A stretch of DNA of 63,937 nucleotides, filler included, from Octopus bimaculoides (Eukaryota), in NCBI RefSeq assembly GCF_001194135.2. It is 6 parts of 5 records of this genome, joined end to end, with 100 filler letters (N's around TTAATTAATTAA, not from the genome) between each part and the next. Parts side by side here need not be neighbours in the genome. Positions count along the whole stretch, not along the records: positions 1 to 25,132 come from NC_068981.1; 5 more parts are not named here. The stretch is one strand, 5' to 3'. Positions 1 to 13,602 of this stretch are shown here, piece by piece (the first letter of the stretch is position 1; every line of letters begins with the position of its first letter). The notes under the pieces were generated by a model. It was given only the letters and a program-made list of their open reading frames with translations. It was not told the DNA's origin and searched no databases. Both the position numbers and the translations under genes were made by a program.

Positions 1-590
1 GTGTGGAAACAGCCAAAAGAAGCATTTGACCCAGACTGCGTTGTTCCAACTGAGGAGGATTCGTGATGATCTGTGGGGGGGGGGCTGTATCTTGGAAATC
101 CGCCGGCTTAATAGTTTCCATTCATTGCAGAATTAAAAGCCAACACTATTTAAGCACTTTATCTGATCAAATTCACCCTATGGTTGCGGAGCTGTTTTTG
201 GGAGGTAAACGTAATCTTTCAGGATGATAAAGCACCAATTCACACAGCTAAAGTTGTTACTGAATGGCACGAGTAACATTCTAGGGAAGTTGACCATCTT
301 ATCTGGCCACCACAGTCCCCAGATCTCAATATTTTTGAACATTTATGATGCATTTTATAAAAACAAGTAAGGAGTCGATACCCCCCACCATCATCACTAC
401 AAGAACTGGAGACTGTTTTAGCTGAAGAATGGACAAAATTTCCTTTGGAAACAATTGAAACTTTGTACGAGTCCATACCTCGTAAAATTCAATCTATAAT
501 TACTGCTAAAGATGCTCCAACCCCATATTGAAATAATTTTGTTTGAAATGTTAACGTGTTTCCTCCATTACTTTGGTAATCCATTATATG
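1..590 (+). mobile_element. Tc1-like DNA transposon 3' remnant (decayed DDE transposase, DD36E spacing)
   Basis: Frame from 211 reads VIFQDDKAPIHTAKVVTEWHE*HSREVDHLIWPPQSPDLNIFEHL*CIL*KQVRSRYPPPSSLQELETVLAEEWTKFPLETIETLYESIPRKIQSIITAKDAPTPY* (stop 529-531). It has the Tc1 QDDxAPxH and WPxQSPDLNxxE motifs, in-frame stops and an upstream frameshift. Confidence 0.9.
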
Positions 591-689
591 GTAGTCTCTC
601 GTAATCCGAGAGTGATGCTTCTGAAATTTCTCGCTGAACGACCTACAAAAATAATTTGTTTATGATGATTTATAATGAATGTATGTGTT

Positions 690-862
690 GCTTATTAGCT
701 CAGTCGCTTCATTAAATTGATGTTGCCTGAATAGTTGCACAATGTACGCAGAGCATCATGAGATGATATGTTTTATTTAAGAACACAATGCAAGATCAGG
801 TGCCGAAGGTGACTCTACGACCTTGTGATCTCGAGTGCAGCTTCCTAGCCATTAGGCCATGC
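690..862 (-). mobile_element. Decayed tRNA-derived SINE head (family C-like)
   Basis: Reverse complement begins gtgcatggcctaatggctagg...gatcacaaggtcg, resembling the heads at 24237, 30155 and 56623. Confidence 0.45.
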
Positions 863-869
863 ACTCTTA

Positions 870-906
<37 letters not shown>

Positions 907-1836
907 NNNNNNNNNNNNNNNNNNNNNNNNNNNNNNNNNNNNNNNNNNNNNNNNNNNNNNNNNNNNNNNNNNNNNNNNNNNNNNNNNNNNNNNNNNNNNN
1001 NNNNNNNNNNNNNNNNNNNNNNNNNNNNNNNNNNNNNNNNNNNNNNNNNNNNNNNNNNNNNNNNNNNNNNNNNNNNNNNNNNNNNNNNNNNNNNNNNNNN
1101 NNNNNNNNNNNNNNNNNNNNNNNNNNNNNNNNNNNNNNNNNNNNNNNNNNNNNNNNNNNNNNNNNNNNNNNNNNNNNNNNNNNNNNNNNNNNNNNNNNNN
1201 NNNNNNNNNNNNNNNNNNNNNNNNNNNNNNNNNNNNNNNNNNNNNNNNNNNNNNNNNNNNNNNNNNNNNNNNNNNNNNNNNNNNNNNNNNNNNNNNNNNN
1301 NNNNNNNNNNNNNNNNNNNNNNNNNNNNNNNNNNNNNNNNNNNNNNNNNNNNNNNNNNNNNNNNNNNNNNNNNNNNNNNNNNNNNNNNNNNNNNNNNNNN
1401 NNNNNNNNNNNNNNNNNNNNNNNNNNNNNNNNNNNNNNNNNNNNNNNNNNNNNNNNNNNNNNNNNNNNNNNNNNNNNNNNNNNNNNNNNNNNNNNNNNNN
1501 NNNNNNNNNNNNNNNNNNNNNNNNNNNNNNNNNNNNNNNNNNNNNNNNNNNNNNNNNNNNNNNNNNNNNNNNNNNNNNNNNNNNNNNNNNNNNNNNNNNN
1601 NNNNNNNNNNNNNNNNNNNNNNNNNNNNNNNNNNNNNNNNNNNNNNNNNNNNNNNNNNNNNNNNNNNNNNNNNNNNNNNNNNNNNNNNNNGTTTGTTCTA
1701 AAGAAAGTTATTCCTGATGAAGTGTATGGCAACTGATATATTTGACTTATACTTAGTGGTCAAATATAGCTGTATACAGAAATGTTAACATCGTATTAAA
1801 TACATTCATATGGACATCGGCGTCAAATCTCTTTCT

Positions 1837-1878
<42 letters not shown>

Positions 1879-1881
1879 ATG

Positions 1882-2724
1882 GAGCAAATAATTCACAAAA
1901 AAATAATTTGCGAAGATACCATTGACTCTGTTATCATCTGTAACAATTTTAAAATGATAATAACAGAAATTCACAAGTTATGCAATGCATTTTGGGTGGC
2001 CTGCAATCGCCTATATTATTGATTCTGTCATTATCATTTTTAAATTGTTACGCTAGATAATAACAAAGTCAATGGTATCTTCGTAAATTATTTTTTTATG
2101 AATTATTTGCTCAGTACTGAAATTATTTTCACACAGGTGCCAGTCCAGAAACCGGTTCAATTGAGTCCAAATACTAGAATGTCTGTTGAAAGATTGTCTT
2201 ATCCCATTTGCCTTCGGAAGGTTGATTTCTGTAGTTATTATCAGTGTATTTTGGCGATTTAAATAAGAGTTTTGACTGTTATTTCCAGCAGGGAGACATA
2301 CATAGTATGTCCTTTGATTAATTTTAATCCTTCAGCTATTTAATGCTTTTTTGTAGGGCCTGAAATTGCCTATATTATTGATTCTGTTCTTATCATTTTT
2401 AAATTGATACTCTAGATAATAACAGAGTCAATGATATCTTCGCTAATTATTTTTCTCGTGAATTGTTTGCTCCGTATTGAAATTATTTTCACACTGGTGG
2501 CTAACATAATTTCGACGCAAATCGAATCAGCTGCAGCGCACCCGACGGGTTGGGGATCTCTATCATAATAACGCCTGCTGAGGAAGGTTAGGCTATAATG
2601 TCAGTCCAGAAACTGGTCCACGTGCGTCCAAATACGTGAATGTATGTTGAAAGATTGTCTTCGTCCGTTTGCCTTCGGACGGTTGATTTCTGTAGTTATT
2701 ATCAGTGTATTTTGGCGATTTAAA
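1882..2724. repeat. Nested direct and inverted repeat block, probably Penelope-type terminal repeats
   Basis: Unit A at 1998-2134 recurs at 2357-2494. Unit B at 2141-2263 recurs at 2602-2724. 1882-1968 is an inverted copy of 2023-2112. Confidence 0.8.
2571..2627 (+). ncRNA. Hammerhead-ribozyme-like motif (degenerate)
   Basis: CTGAGGA at 2578-2584, GAAAC at 2609-2613, GTC at 2616-2618. Stem I would pair tg/ca plus acgc/gcgt. Stem II is poor. Confidence 0.35.
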
Positions 2725-5320
2725 CATATATATATATATATAAGATTTAGATTTAGATTAAAAATTGAATATGGTACTTATGTTTAGACACCAGAATATA
2801 GTATGGTATTATCCAAAAACCATTCCAAAAGCAAGGTGATCAAATAATCAAAATAAGCAACACGGTGCAGTCATCTTTAAAATCCGTGTCACTTATTTTG
2901 ATTTTTTGATCACCATATATATATATATANNNNNNNNNNNNNNNNNNNNNNNNNNNNNNNNNNNNNNNNNNNNNNNNNNNNNNNNNNNNNNNNNNNNNNN
3001 NNNNNNNNNNNNNNNNNNNNNNNNNNNNNNNNNNNNNNNNNNNNNNNNNNNNNNNNNNNNNNNNNNNNNNNNNNNNNNNNNNNNNNNNNNNNNNNNNNNN
3101 NNNNNNNNNNNNNNNNNNNNNNNNCTCAATTGATAGTTATTACTCTTTTTTTCCCCATTCTTTGTATCGCAGCACACCAAGAAGAAGGTAGCTATATCTA
3201 CCTCCACAATTTCCAAAAGACAAGAACATTCTCGTTCGGCAAAACAGATCCGGTCATGTTCTTCTCGTGGATATTGCACCGAAGGTCTGCTAATAACTGC
3301 CAGTAAAATTGTTCTTACAAGATCAAATAACGGTAATATAAGGTTATATTTAATTCTATCTCATTATTGAAGCCCCCAATCTCTCTCGCTCTTTCTCCCC
3401 CCCCCCGTTTCCCTCTCCCATTTTCTCGCTTGGTATTTATACACAAACCGTCGCAACACATTTCCATGCATACAAAGCAATGGGAGACGCTCAATGTCTG
3501 CATAGATACTAATATTTATTGCCTATTATCGTATTACACGAATGTGCATATACTCCCAAGTCTTGTATACGTAAAACCATTTTTTGTTTTATTACGTACG
3601 TGCACGTGCTCCTGTATGGCATGTTTACGTGTGCGTGTACAGGGGCGTATGTTTATGCTTCTTTCTTTGGACATGTGCGTGCGTTTTGTATGAACTCGTA
3701 TATTTGTGTGTGCATCTGTGTAAGAATACGTGTTAACTGATAACATATATGGAAACTTAAAAACAAAAAAAGCATAATCAGTAATAGAGAGTAAGATAAA
3801 TAGAGAGATTAACAGGTAAAGTGTGGTTTCGATTCCCACAAGACCTGGATCTCTCTCACTCACTCCTCCCTCTCTCTCTCCTCTGAATCTATCTCACACA
3901 CGCTAACAAACATTCCTATCTTCATTTTCAATTTTTTCCGTTTGTTTACGCATTTTTACTACACAAACACACACACACACACACACACACATGCACGCAC
4001 ACATGCACACACACGCACACACACACACACACTTATCGTTATCTTTTTGCTTATATCTCTTTATACACACACACACCACATACACTGTCTTTTGTGTGAA
4101 TTTTGTGTTTAAGCATGTGCATGTCTTTATGTGTTTGTGTATACATCATATGAACATCTACACTCCTCTCTCACATGCACACATACGCGCGTTCACGCAC
4201 ACACACAAACACACACACACACACACACACACATGGGCACACGCACGCACACACAAACGGCACACAGACACGCACACATACACACATACACAAAAACGGC
4301 ACACGCACACAGATACACGCAGACTGTAAGCGTATAGGCAGATAATATGTAAACATATAGAGAAAGAAAAACAAAAGTAAAAAAAATAATGGAAAGCCGT
4401 ATGTGCAAAGATATCTCGATAACACTTCAAGACATTTTACGCAGCAGCCAACACTCCGTTTTCTTCCCTAAACAAATGAGGTCTGACTTGAAAGGAGAAG
4501 GGGAACGGAAGTAAATGAGGGATATAAATGAGGTAAATACCCCTAGGAGCAGACTGGTAAATAGACTTACAAACTGGCATATATTAAACTCTTGTTATAT
4601 TACACGTAAGTAAAAAGCGCACGTGCGTGTAAAGGCGTGGTGAAACGCACACGCACACTCAGCAGGCTACATATCAGCGTTTGTTCTTTGTATGCGAGCG
4701 TATGTATACATGTGAACGTATAGGTATGTATCTTTCAGTTGGGAAGTTAGTATATATGTGTGAACTCACAAACGCACACACAAACAAATACACATGTGCG
4801 CGTGTGTACGTGTGAGTATGTATGCGTTCGTGTATCCGTATTCAGGTAGATAGACATACGGCTCAACGAAACACGTACGCACAGATAGGCGTATTACACA
4901 GATAATGCATCGTTTCAATAGAGAGGTATTTTGTGGGTATACACACGAAGTTAATATGACAGCGTTTGTGAGAATCGAATTAGTCGAAGGGTGCTTCTTT
5001 GGGAAGAACGAAATAATTTCATATTCGAAAGGATAACTAACTTGATATTGAGCTCAGTACAGATGTGAAAATGATAGGGCGTATTGTCATAAGCTTACTT
5101 GTATGTACAACAGTAATTTCAGCAGGGTAGACAAAGGTGAAGAAAATTCGATTTCCACCGGTGACCACCCACTGTTCATTAAATACAAAGCATGGCTATG
5201 TGGTTAAGAATATTGCATCACAATCTTATAGTATCGGGTTCAAATCTAATCATTACTCCTGGGCGATCAGTGCCTTGTAAAGCAATTTGGTAGAGGAAAA
5301 CAATGTGGAAGCACTCCTTT

Positions 5321-5734
5321 TTTACTCTTTTACTTCTTTTATTCATTTGACTGCGGCTATGCTGGAGCATTACCTTGAAGAGTTTTAGTCAAATGAATCG
5401 ACCCCAGGAATTATTTTTTAAAAACTAAGTACTTATTCTATCGTCCTCTTTTCGCCAAACCGCTAAGTTACGGGGACATAAACACACCACCATCGGTTGT
5501 CAAGCGGTAATTGGAGGACAAACACAGACACAAAGACATGCACACACAGATATATGCATATGTATTTATATTACAGGCTTCTTTCAGTGTACGTTTACCA
5601 AAACCACTCACAAGGCTTTCGTCGGCCGAAATATATAGTAGAATACACTTACCCAAGGTGCCACACAGTAGGACTGAACCGGAAACCATGTGATTGAGAA
5701 GCAAGCTTCTTACCACACAACCACGCCTGCACCT
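5321..5734 (-). mobile_element. tRNA-derived SINE family A, near full length
   Basis: Colinear with 44817-45248: tRNA-like head with A/B boxes, internal CA/TG microsatellite, tail ending ...gtcaaatgaataaaagaagtaaaagagtaaa. Confidence 0.85.
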
Positions 5735-6602
5735 AGCGTGTCTGTGCGTGTATGTGTGTATGTGCGTGTGTGTGCGCGTGTGTGTGTGCGTGTGTGTGCA
5801 TGAGTCTACGCGTGTATATGCACGCTTCACTTTGTGTTTACCTCCTCACCGATTGACAGTCGCTGTTGGTTTGTTTGCGTCAGCATTACTAATCTGTCAA
5901 AAAAAACCCCCAGAATATCTGATAAACTTAATAGATATTGGAGCAATTTCTTTCGTCACAAAACACTTCAAAGCAATGCTTCAGTATCGTCACAAGACAA
6001 TGAATGAAACAAACAAATATATATGTGGTGGAGGTGTGTATGTAATGCGTGAGAAAACTATAGCATAAGTGTTGAATAGACTTGCATTGAATTAAAGTTC
6101 AGAGTAGTCAAACTATTGAACTCCAATTTTATAATCAAACATAGCAGCGCGAAGTACATAACTCCGCTGAGTAATTAGAGATAAAAGACAAACAAGTCTG
6201 GGCCGCAGAAATTCGTTTATATGAAATGTTACATACATATACTACAAGGTGATTCAAATACTTTTTACAGCTGTTTCAAATATTCGACGAATGGCTGGAG
6301 TTGTGATGCATATTATGCTAAGAGGTTTGTATAATGAGCCAGAAATTATATACAGAAATAACCAAAAAATAAGTCAAAATTATTATCAACTGTTATGAAG
6401 CATGATACGTATATATGTTTAAGTTATAAAAGCCCAATATATCGCCAGAAAGAGTAGAATTTCCCACTCTTCTTTCCAAAAAGAGGCATTATACAAACGT
6501 GTTTGCATGATATGCATTATAGTATCAAGCATTCACCGAGTTATTGAAACAACTGTAAAAATCTACATTCACTTTGTAAATTATATTGGTTTCAAATTTT
6601 GG

Positions 6603-6772
6603 CACAAGACCAGCAAGTTTGGGGGAGGAGACAACTGCTACTTATTTTATCGACCCCGAAAGGATTAAAGGCAAAGTCGGCTTCGACTGAATTTGAACTG
6701 AAAATATAAAGACGGACGAAATGCGGCCAAGCAGTTTGCTCAGCGTGTTAAACAATTCTGCCAGCTCGTCGT
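6603..6772 (-). mobile_element. tRNA-derived SINE family B
   Basis: Reverse complement carries gagctggcagaat...gttcaaattc...ctttgcctttaatcctttcggggtcgataaaataagta, as in the other family B copies. Confidence 0.8.
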
Positions 6773-7034
6773 TCTAATCACGTAATTTATATTTTCTACT
6801 TAAATTATCTAGACATGTACCAATGTATGTGTGTATACATGTATGTGGGTATACATGTACGTATATACTTGTATAATGAAGCGTGAAATATTTCAGAGTT
6901 TCTATTTATGTTATTTAATATATTTTTATTCGGCTTACTTGTTCATGTACATACCGCTAGACACTCCAACTGGTATCTGTTGGCTCCTTTTTATTTCATT
7001 ACTACATGTGTGTGTTTATGCGGGTGTGCCTGTC

Positions 7035-7087
<53 letters not shown>

Positions 7088-7628
7088 GTGTCTGTGTGTG
7101 CATATATACGTGAATTTCGTTATGATCTGTACGTTAAAGCGAAGTTTTTATTGTAGCGAATTATTTTCAGTCACCGACTGCAAGCTTGCTACAACAACGC
7201 TTAAAGAGTTTATCTATAACGAAATACCATAGAAGAAATATTGTAATCCAACGAAACAAAATTGAAACCTTTGACGCACCAGTTACACTCTATGCCGAAA
7301 ATAATACGAAATTTTTCGATTAACATCCTCCTCCTCGCACTTTTACCATCTCACCAACACAGTGAGAGAGCTAATGGATAACAAAAATGCAACGACAAAT
7401 TTCACACCTTCATCTGTGTAGAAATTCAAACATGACAATAGAATTCGAATAACGGTACGCATAATTTATAACACAGAATCGTCCCTTCACATTCTCATTC
7501 TGTCTGTGTCTGTCTGACTCAATTTCTCCCTCCCCCTCTCTCACTCTCCCTCACTCTCTCTCTCTTTCTCACTTTCTCTCACCCCCTTTTCTCTCTCCCC
7601 CTTTTCTCTCTCTCTCTCNNNNNNNNNN

Positions 7629-8796
7629 TGACTTCCTTCCATCTATTTACAAGCTTTTTAATCCTATCAATGTAAAACTATTTTCGTTTCAAAGTGAAGA
7701 ACACTGAAATATCAGTTTTGACCTCCTTCTGACTTGCGAAAGTTATGTCCCCCCAATGATTCTGTAAACTACGAAACAAATGGTAGTCTGAAGGAGCAAG
7801 GTCGGGAGAATAAGGTCGATGAGGAATTTTTTCCCAACCAACCTCTTCGATCTTCTGTGATGTGATTAGAGTCACACATTGTCCTGATGAAACATCACTC
7901 CTGTTCGATTCACTAAAGCGGGTCTTTTTTCTTCAAAGCTTGGTTCAAACGCTCTAATTGCTGACAGTAGACTTGAGCATTGATTGTTGCATTAGGTGAT
8001 AACAATTCAAAGAGAATTACTCCTTTGCAATCCCACCAGATGGAGAAAAAATCCGTTTTTTCATGAAGTTCTATTCTCCGTTGTGGTTGAGCCTTTTCCC
8101 TTTTACCAATCCACTGTTTATCATTTCCACGTTAAACATTTCGATAGAAGATTCATTTTTCGTCACCGGTCACAAGTCTAACCAAAAAGGGTGAAATGAG
8201 TTCACGAGAATGGAGAGAAGAGCAGATGTCAACTCGGGATTTGCGGTTGCTTTCGAAAAATTCATGGGGCACCCATTTTCCAAGTTTAGGAACCTTTCCA
8301 AGTTGTTGAAGATGACGATGAACAGTTGTAAGGTTTGAACTAAGCTTTATTGCCAATTCTTCAACTGATAATGCAGGATTTTCTTCAAGTAATGACTCAA
8401 GGAGCTTATCATCAAATTCAATTGGACGTTCTGTTCGATCTTCATCTCCACTTCTGAATTTTGCAAATCATCTTCTGCAAGTTCTTTCATTCAAGCATTC
8501 TTTGCCATAAACTGAGTGTATGTTTCGAGTCGCTTCGGCTGCAGAGTTTCCTTTTTTGTACTCATAAAGCATTATGTGCCTCAAATGCTCTTTGGTTACT
8601 ACCATGTTCGAAAGGGTTTTAATCAAAGAAATTTTAATTCTATTATTCAGTAAAATAATATTTAATTAGCTTAAACGTACACAAATACATAAAAATAATT
8701 TTTAATTCCGTTTGACATTCTAAAATACTATTAAATTTCATTCAATTTGTAAAAAAAAAAGGTAAAATCGGACAGAACTAATGGAATGATCAGATA
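7629..8796 (-). mobile_element. mariner (DD34D-type) transposon, decayed near-complete transposase
   Basis: ATG at 8605 (MVVTKEHLRHIMLYEYKKGNSAAEATRNI), then WVPHE, LVTGDEK, WWDCKGVILFELL, MFHQDN and HRPYSPDLAPSDYHLFRSLQNH, with stops and frameshifts. TIR-like end tatctgatcattccattagttctgtccga at about 8768-8796. The other end is lost in a 10-N gap. Confidence 0.93.
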
Positions 8797-9437
8797 GAAN
8801 NNNNNNNNNNNNNNNNNNNNNNNNNNNNNNNNNNNNNNNNNNNNNNNNNNNNNNNNNNNNNNNNNNNNNNNNNNNNNNNNNNNNNNNNNNNNNNNNNNNN
8901 NNNNNNNNNNNNNNNNNNNNNNNNNNNNNNNNNNNNNNNNNNNNNNNNNNNNNNNNNNNNNNNNNNNNNNNNNNNNNNNNNNNNNNNNNNNNNNNNNNNN
9001 NNNNNNNNNNNNNNNNNNNNNNNNNNNNNNNNNNNNNNNNNNNNNNNNNNNNNNNNNNNNNNNNNNNNNNNNNNNNNNNNNNNNNNNNNNNNNNNNNNNN
9101 NNNNNNNNNNNNNNNNNNNNNNNNNNNNNNNNNNNNNNNNNNNNNNNNNNNNNNNNNNNNNNNNNNNNNNNNNNNNNNNNNNNNNNNNNNNNNNNNNNNN
9201 NNNNNNNNNNNNNNNNNNNNNNNNNNNNNNNNNNNNNNNNNNNNNNNNNNNNNNNNNNNNNNNNNNNNNNNNNNNNNNNNNNNNNNNNNNNNNNNNNNNN
9301 NNNNNNNNNNNNNNNNNNNNNNNNNNNNNNNNNNNNNNNNNNNNNNNNNNNNNNNNNNNNNNNNNNNNNNNNNNNNNNNNNNNNNNNNNNNNNNNNNNNN
9401 NNNNNNNNNNNNNNNNNNNNNNNNNNNNNNNNNNNNN

Positions 9438-9469
<32 letters not shown>

Positions 9470-9745
9470 CCACTGCTAGTTGTAGTGGCCCTCTCAGACA
9501 TGCCCGCAGCTGCTCATACGCCCAACCTCGCTAGCTATGTATATAACACAAAAGTCTCAGACAATATAAAATCCGGGAAGTATTGCACATTTGCAACGAG
9601 AGGAGGAGGCAATATACAGGTGACCTGGACATTGACATGAGCAATGGTGCGTCTTTCCAAGTGCGTATTATCAATTTGGTAATAAAATGCAGACGACTAG
9701 CTTGATGGATCTTCCGCAGGAAACATAGATAAGGGCAGCAGCGTC
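9470..9745 (+). mobile_element. CR1-clade LINE reverse transcriptase fragment
   Basis: PLLVVVALSDMPAAAHTPNLASYVYNTKVS (decayed YADD region), then DLDIDMSNGASFQVRIINLVIKCRRLA. Shares the ALSDM motif with 40423-40746. Confidence 0.7.
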
Positions 9746-9850
9746 AAACTCTCTCATTCACCAGATATCAGAGATTTCAAATAATAGTGTAGCACAGACA
9801 GAGGTGGTGCTCTAGCATGACCGCAGCTTTAAAGTTGAAACAGTATAAAG

Positions 9851-9884
<34 letters not shown>

Positions 9885-10788
9885 CATATATATGTATACA
9901 TATATATANNNNNNNNNNNNNNNNNNNNNNNNNNNNNNNNNNNNNNNNNNNNNNNNNNNNNNNNNNNNNNNNNNNNNNNNNNNNNNNNNNNNNNNNNNNN
10001 NNNNNNNNNNNNNNNNNNNNNNNNNNNNNNNNNNNNNNNNNNNNNNNNNNNNNNNNNNNNNNNNNNNNNNNNNNNNNNNNNNNNNNNNNNNNNNNNNNNN
10101 NNNNNNNNNNNNNNNNNNNNNNNNNNNNNNNNNNNNNNNNNNNNNNNNNNNNNNNNNNNNNNNNNNNNNNNNNNNNNNNNNNNNNNNNNNNNNNNNNNNN
10201 NNNNNNNNNNNNNNNNNNNNNNNNNNNNNNNNNNNNNNNNNNNNNNNNNNNNNNNNNNNNNNNNNNNNNNNNNNNNNNNNNNNNNNNNNNNNNNNNNNNN
10301 NNNNNNNNNNNNNNNNNNNNNNNNNNNNNNNNNNNNNNNNNNNNNNNNNNNNNNNNNNNNNNNNNNNNNNNNNNNNNNNNNNNNNNNNNNNNNNNNNNNN
10401 NNNNNNNNNNNNNNNNNNNNNNNNNNNNNNNNNNNNNNNNNNNNNNNNNNNNNNNNNNNNNNNNNNNNNNNNNNNNNNNNNNNNNNNNNNNNNNNNNNNN
10501 NNNNNNNNNNNNNNNNNNNNNNNNNNNNNNNNNNNNNNNNNNNNNNNNNNNNNNNNNNNNNNNNNNNNNNNNNNNNNNNNNNNNNNNNNNNNNNNNNNNN
10601 NNNNNNNNNNNNNNNNNNNNNNNNNNNNNNNNNNNNNNNNNNNNNNNNNNNNNNNNNNNNNNNNNNNNNNNNNNNNNNNNNNNNNNNNNNNNNNNNNNNN
10701 NNNNNNNNNNNNNNNNNNNNNNNNNNNNNNNNNNNNNNNNNNNNNNNNNNNNNNCGTATATATGTATATATATATGTATGTCTGTATG

Positions 10789-11003
10789 TGTTTGTGTGTC
10801 TGTGTTTGTTCCCCCAACATCGCTTGACAACCGATGCTGGTGTGTTTACGTCCCCGTAACTTAGCGGTTCAGCAAAAGAGACCGATAGAACAAGTACTAG
10901 GCTTCTAAAGAATAAGTCCTGGGGTCGATTTGCTCGACTAAAGGCAGTGCTCCAGCATGGCCACAGTCAAAAGACTGAAACAAGTAAAAGAGAGTAAAAG
11001 AGA

Positions 11004-11004
<1 letters not shown>
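10789..11004 (+). mobile_element. SINE family A, 3' half
   Basis: cccccaacatcgcttgacaaccgatgctggtgtgtttacgtccccgtaacttagcggttc...ccagcatggccacagtcaaaagactgaaacaagtaaaagag. Confidence 0.88.
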
Positions 11005-11048
<44 letters not shown>

Positions 11049-12103
11049 CATATACGTCCATATATGGATACATATACACATATGTGTATACATTTGTGCG
11101 TGTATATACAAATGCGTCTGTGTGTATGTATACGTATATATCTTTATACTTATGCGTATGTATACAAATGTGTTTGTGTATATGTGTGTACCTGTGTCTA
11201 TATATTCCTGTCATGTACGTTCAGCTCTTTCATTTATTTTTATTCATTTAGTTTAATTTTCACACGTTGCCTTATACCGAACGAATGATTTGTTTTGGGC
11301 AATCTTTTAGTTCATCATTGCTTACAGCGATTATTTTATGCATGCATGCATGCATACTTACATATGTGAAAACATCCTACGTATGTGGAAATATTCATTC
11401 ATCCATATATACTTACATATGTACATACGTATAGGCATACGTGTCTAAATAGATATCTTCGCAAGTATAATCAGTAGAATCAGATACAAATGATATAGAG
11501 TACGTACAGATCATGCACTTGGCCTGGATTCTTTCTCAGCAATGTTCCTGAAATATTCATACTTTTGCCAACAAAAGAATTAAGGGAAATGGACCTGGTT
11601 CCCTGAACTAGGCAACATAATGTGGGATTGAAACAACAACAACCAAAAGAAAAAAATTTACTGATGATATGCAATTTTCTGAATATATGAAACTAACTTG
11701 TCGAGCAATTGAAATTATAACCTGATTGCGAGCCCAACATCTTAACTGCCTTCAGACAAATCCACACACGCTTATGCATTCAGCTATGATACTTTTTGTC
11801 AACCATTTTGTTTCGTTTGAAATGTAAACTGCTTGGATTAGGAATGGTGGAGATTTCGTTTAAAACGAATATTTTTTATGTATATGCATGATTTTCCTCA
11901 GATTCAACCTTCGAGACTTTGTTTTCTACATTCCAACGATATTGTTTTCTACATTCCAACGGTAGAGCTTTACATTTTTGTTACAAACCAGTCCTTTCCT
12001 TACAAGACTTCAAATAATTAAAGATAGAAGATAACATACTCTCACAGTTCTACATGTACATAAACACATACATACACACGCACTCACTCACACACACACA
12101 CAT

Positions 12104-12141
<38 letters not shown>

Positions 12142-12544
12142 ACGCAGATGTAAATAGAAGGGTAATCTGCTTAGCTTTCTAATTGATGATCTAATGTTGA
12201 TTCGAGATATTTAACACTGATACTTGTTACACGAATCGAGAGGTAAAGTTGCCAGAAGCTTGTGCATTGATGTTAGTACACATAAATTTTAATATGCGTA
12301 ACTACGATGATATTTGAGTGAGAATACCATTTCAGTTTCAGGGACCAATGATCAAGACTTCATTATTCTGGATTTGAATATTTGAATAATATTTTTGCAT
12401 TTCACATATTGATTTCCTTTCATCATACCATAAACGATATATTTTTTTCTTATCTTTAATGGTTTTATTTCCAGCGTTTTCAATATCATATTCAACTTCG
12501 TAAATTTTTTTTTCTCAATTGTAACTTCGAATGGTTCGGCTCCT

Positions 12545-13571
12545 ATTGGCAGACTTACTTCTCGATATTTCGATTAAGGTTCTACTTCGATATAGATATA
12601 TATATAAACTGAATGTGGCTTCAGGCTAGGGATATCAACCAAGGACATGATCTTCATATGACTGTGTGCTGGATCATCGTCACGCTGTAGAAGTGCGTGC
12701 CTTCGATTCCCGAATGCCAGGTAGCGAGACTTCAAGGTATCATAAACTCGCTGCAGTTGTTGAGCAAAAACGTTAGTGTTCAGGGCATGACTATTTGGGA
12801 CAAGCTCAAAGTGCAACATCCCATTTGAAATTCCACTAAACACACAACTTGGCCTGCTGTTCAAGCTTCGCCCTTGTTTGGTAACAGGGTCTGAAGCATT
12901 ATCAGAACGAAACTACTGATCTCTCCTACTGAGACTAAGAAAATAGATCCAATTTTCATCCCCAGTTACAATTCAACACCAAAAACGGGCATCTCGAAGA
13001 TTTGCCAGCAGCCAATGTTCACACTTCGTTGAATCTGGTCATTGGTCGCTTCGTGAGGAGCTTCTTGAGAGCATTCGTTAATGAGGCCGAACTTATGGAG
13101 GTGCCGTTTGATGTAGCATTGTGAAGGACCAGGTTTGTACCAGTTCTTGTGCTTCGTTGTTAATTCAGCCACTTCAAGCAAGACCTTATCATCCACAACA
13201 GAAGTCTCCATGAACTGAGTTTCACTTCAACGCTGATGTCACCTTCCCTGAAATGTCTGAACCAGATTTGTGCCACACGTTCGTTGACAGTTTCTGAGCT
13301 TTACACATCATTAATTCCACTTGCTGCTGCTCTTGTATTCAGTCCTTTTTCTTTCCACATATAGTGTAAAACGGCTGTAACTGCAGCATTTTCACCAGTT
13401 ACTATCATAGTTGTAAAATAAAAAATAAATAACTATGTTTATGAGTTATGAAAAGAGGCAATAAGCAATAAACGATTAAGCAACCACTCAACATCAAGTT
13501 GTATCAAATTTATGATATAACATGAAAATACAAAACTGAAAACCTGCGAAAAACTTTTATAATTCTGTCTC

Positions 13572-13572
<1 letters not shown>
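12545..13572 (-). mobile_element. Second mariner-family transposon remnant
   Basis: ATG at 13408, HTH segment ERVAQIWFRHFREGD, then VTGDENWIYF and GMLHFELVPNSHALNTNVFAQQLQRVYDTLKSRY...LLQRDDDPAHS. TIR-like sequence near 13545-13572. Confidence 0.8.

Positions 13573-13602
<30 letters not shown>

Noticed and set aside
1713-1745. CTGATGA at about 1714 as another hammerhead core
   Set aside because: No GAAA follows (GATA instead), stem II is only 3 bp, and there is no stem I or III.
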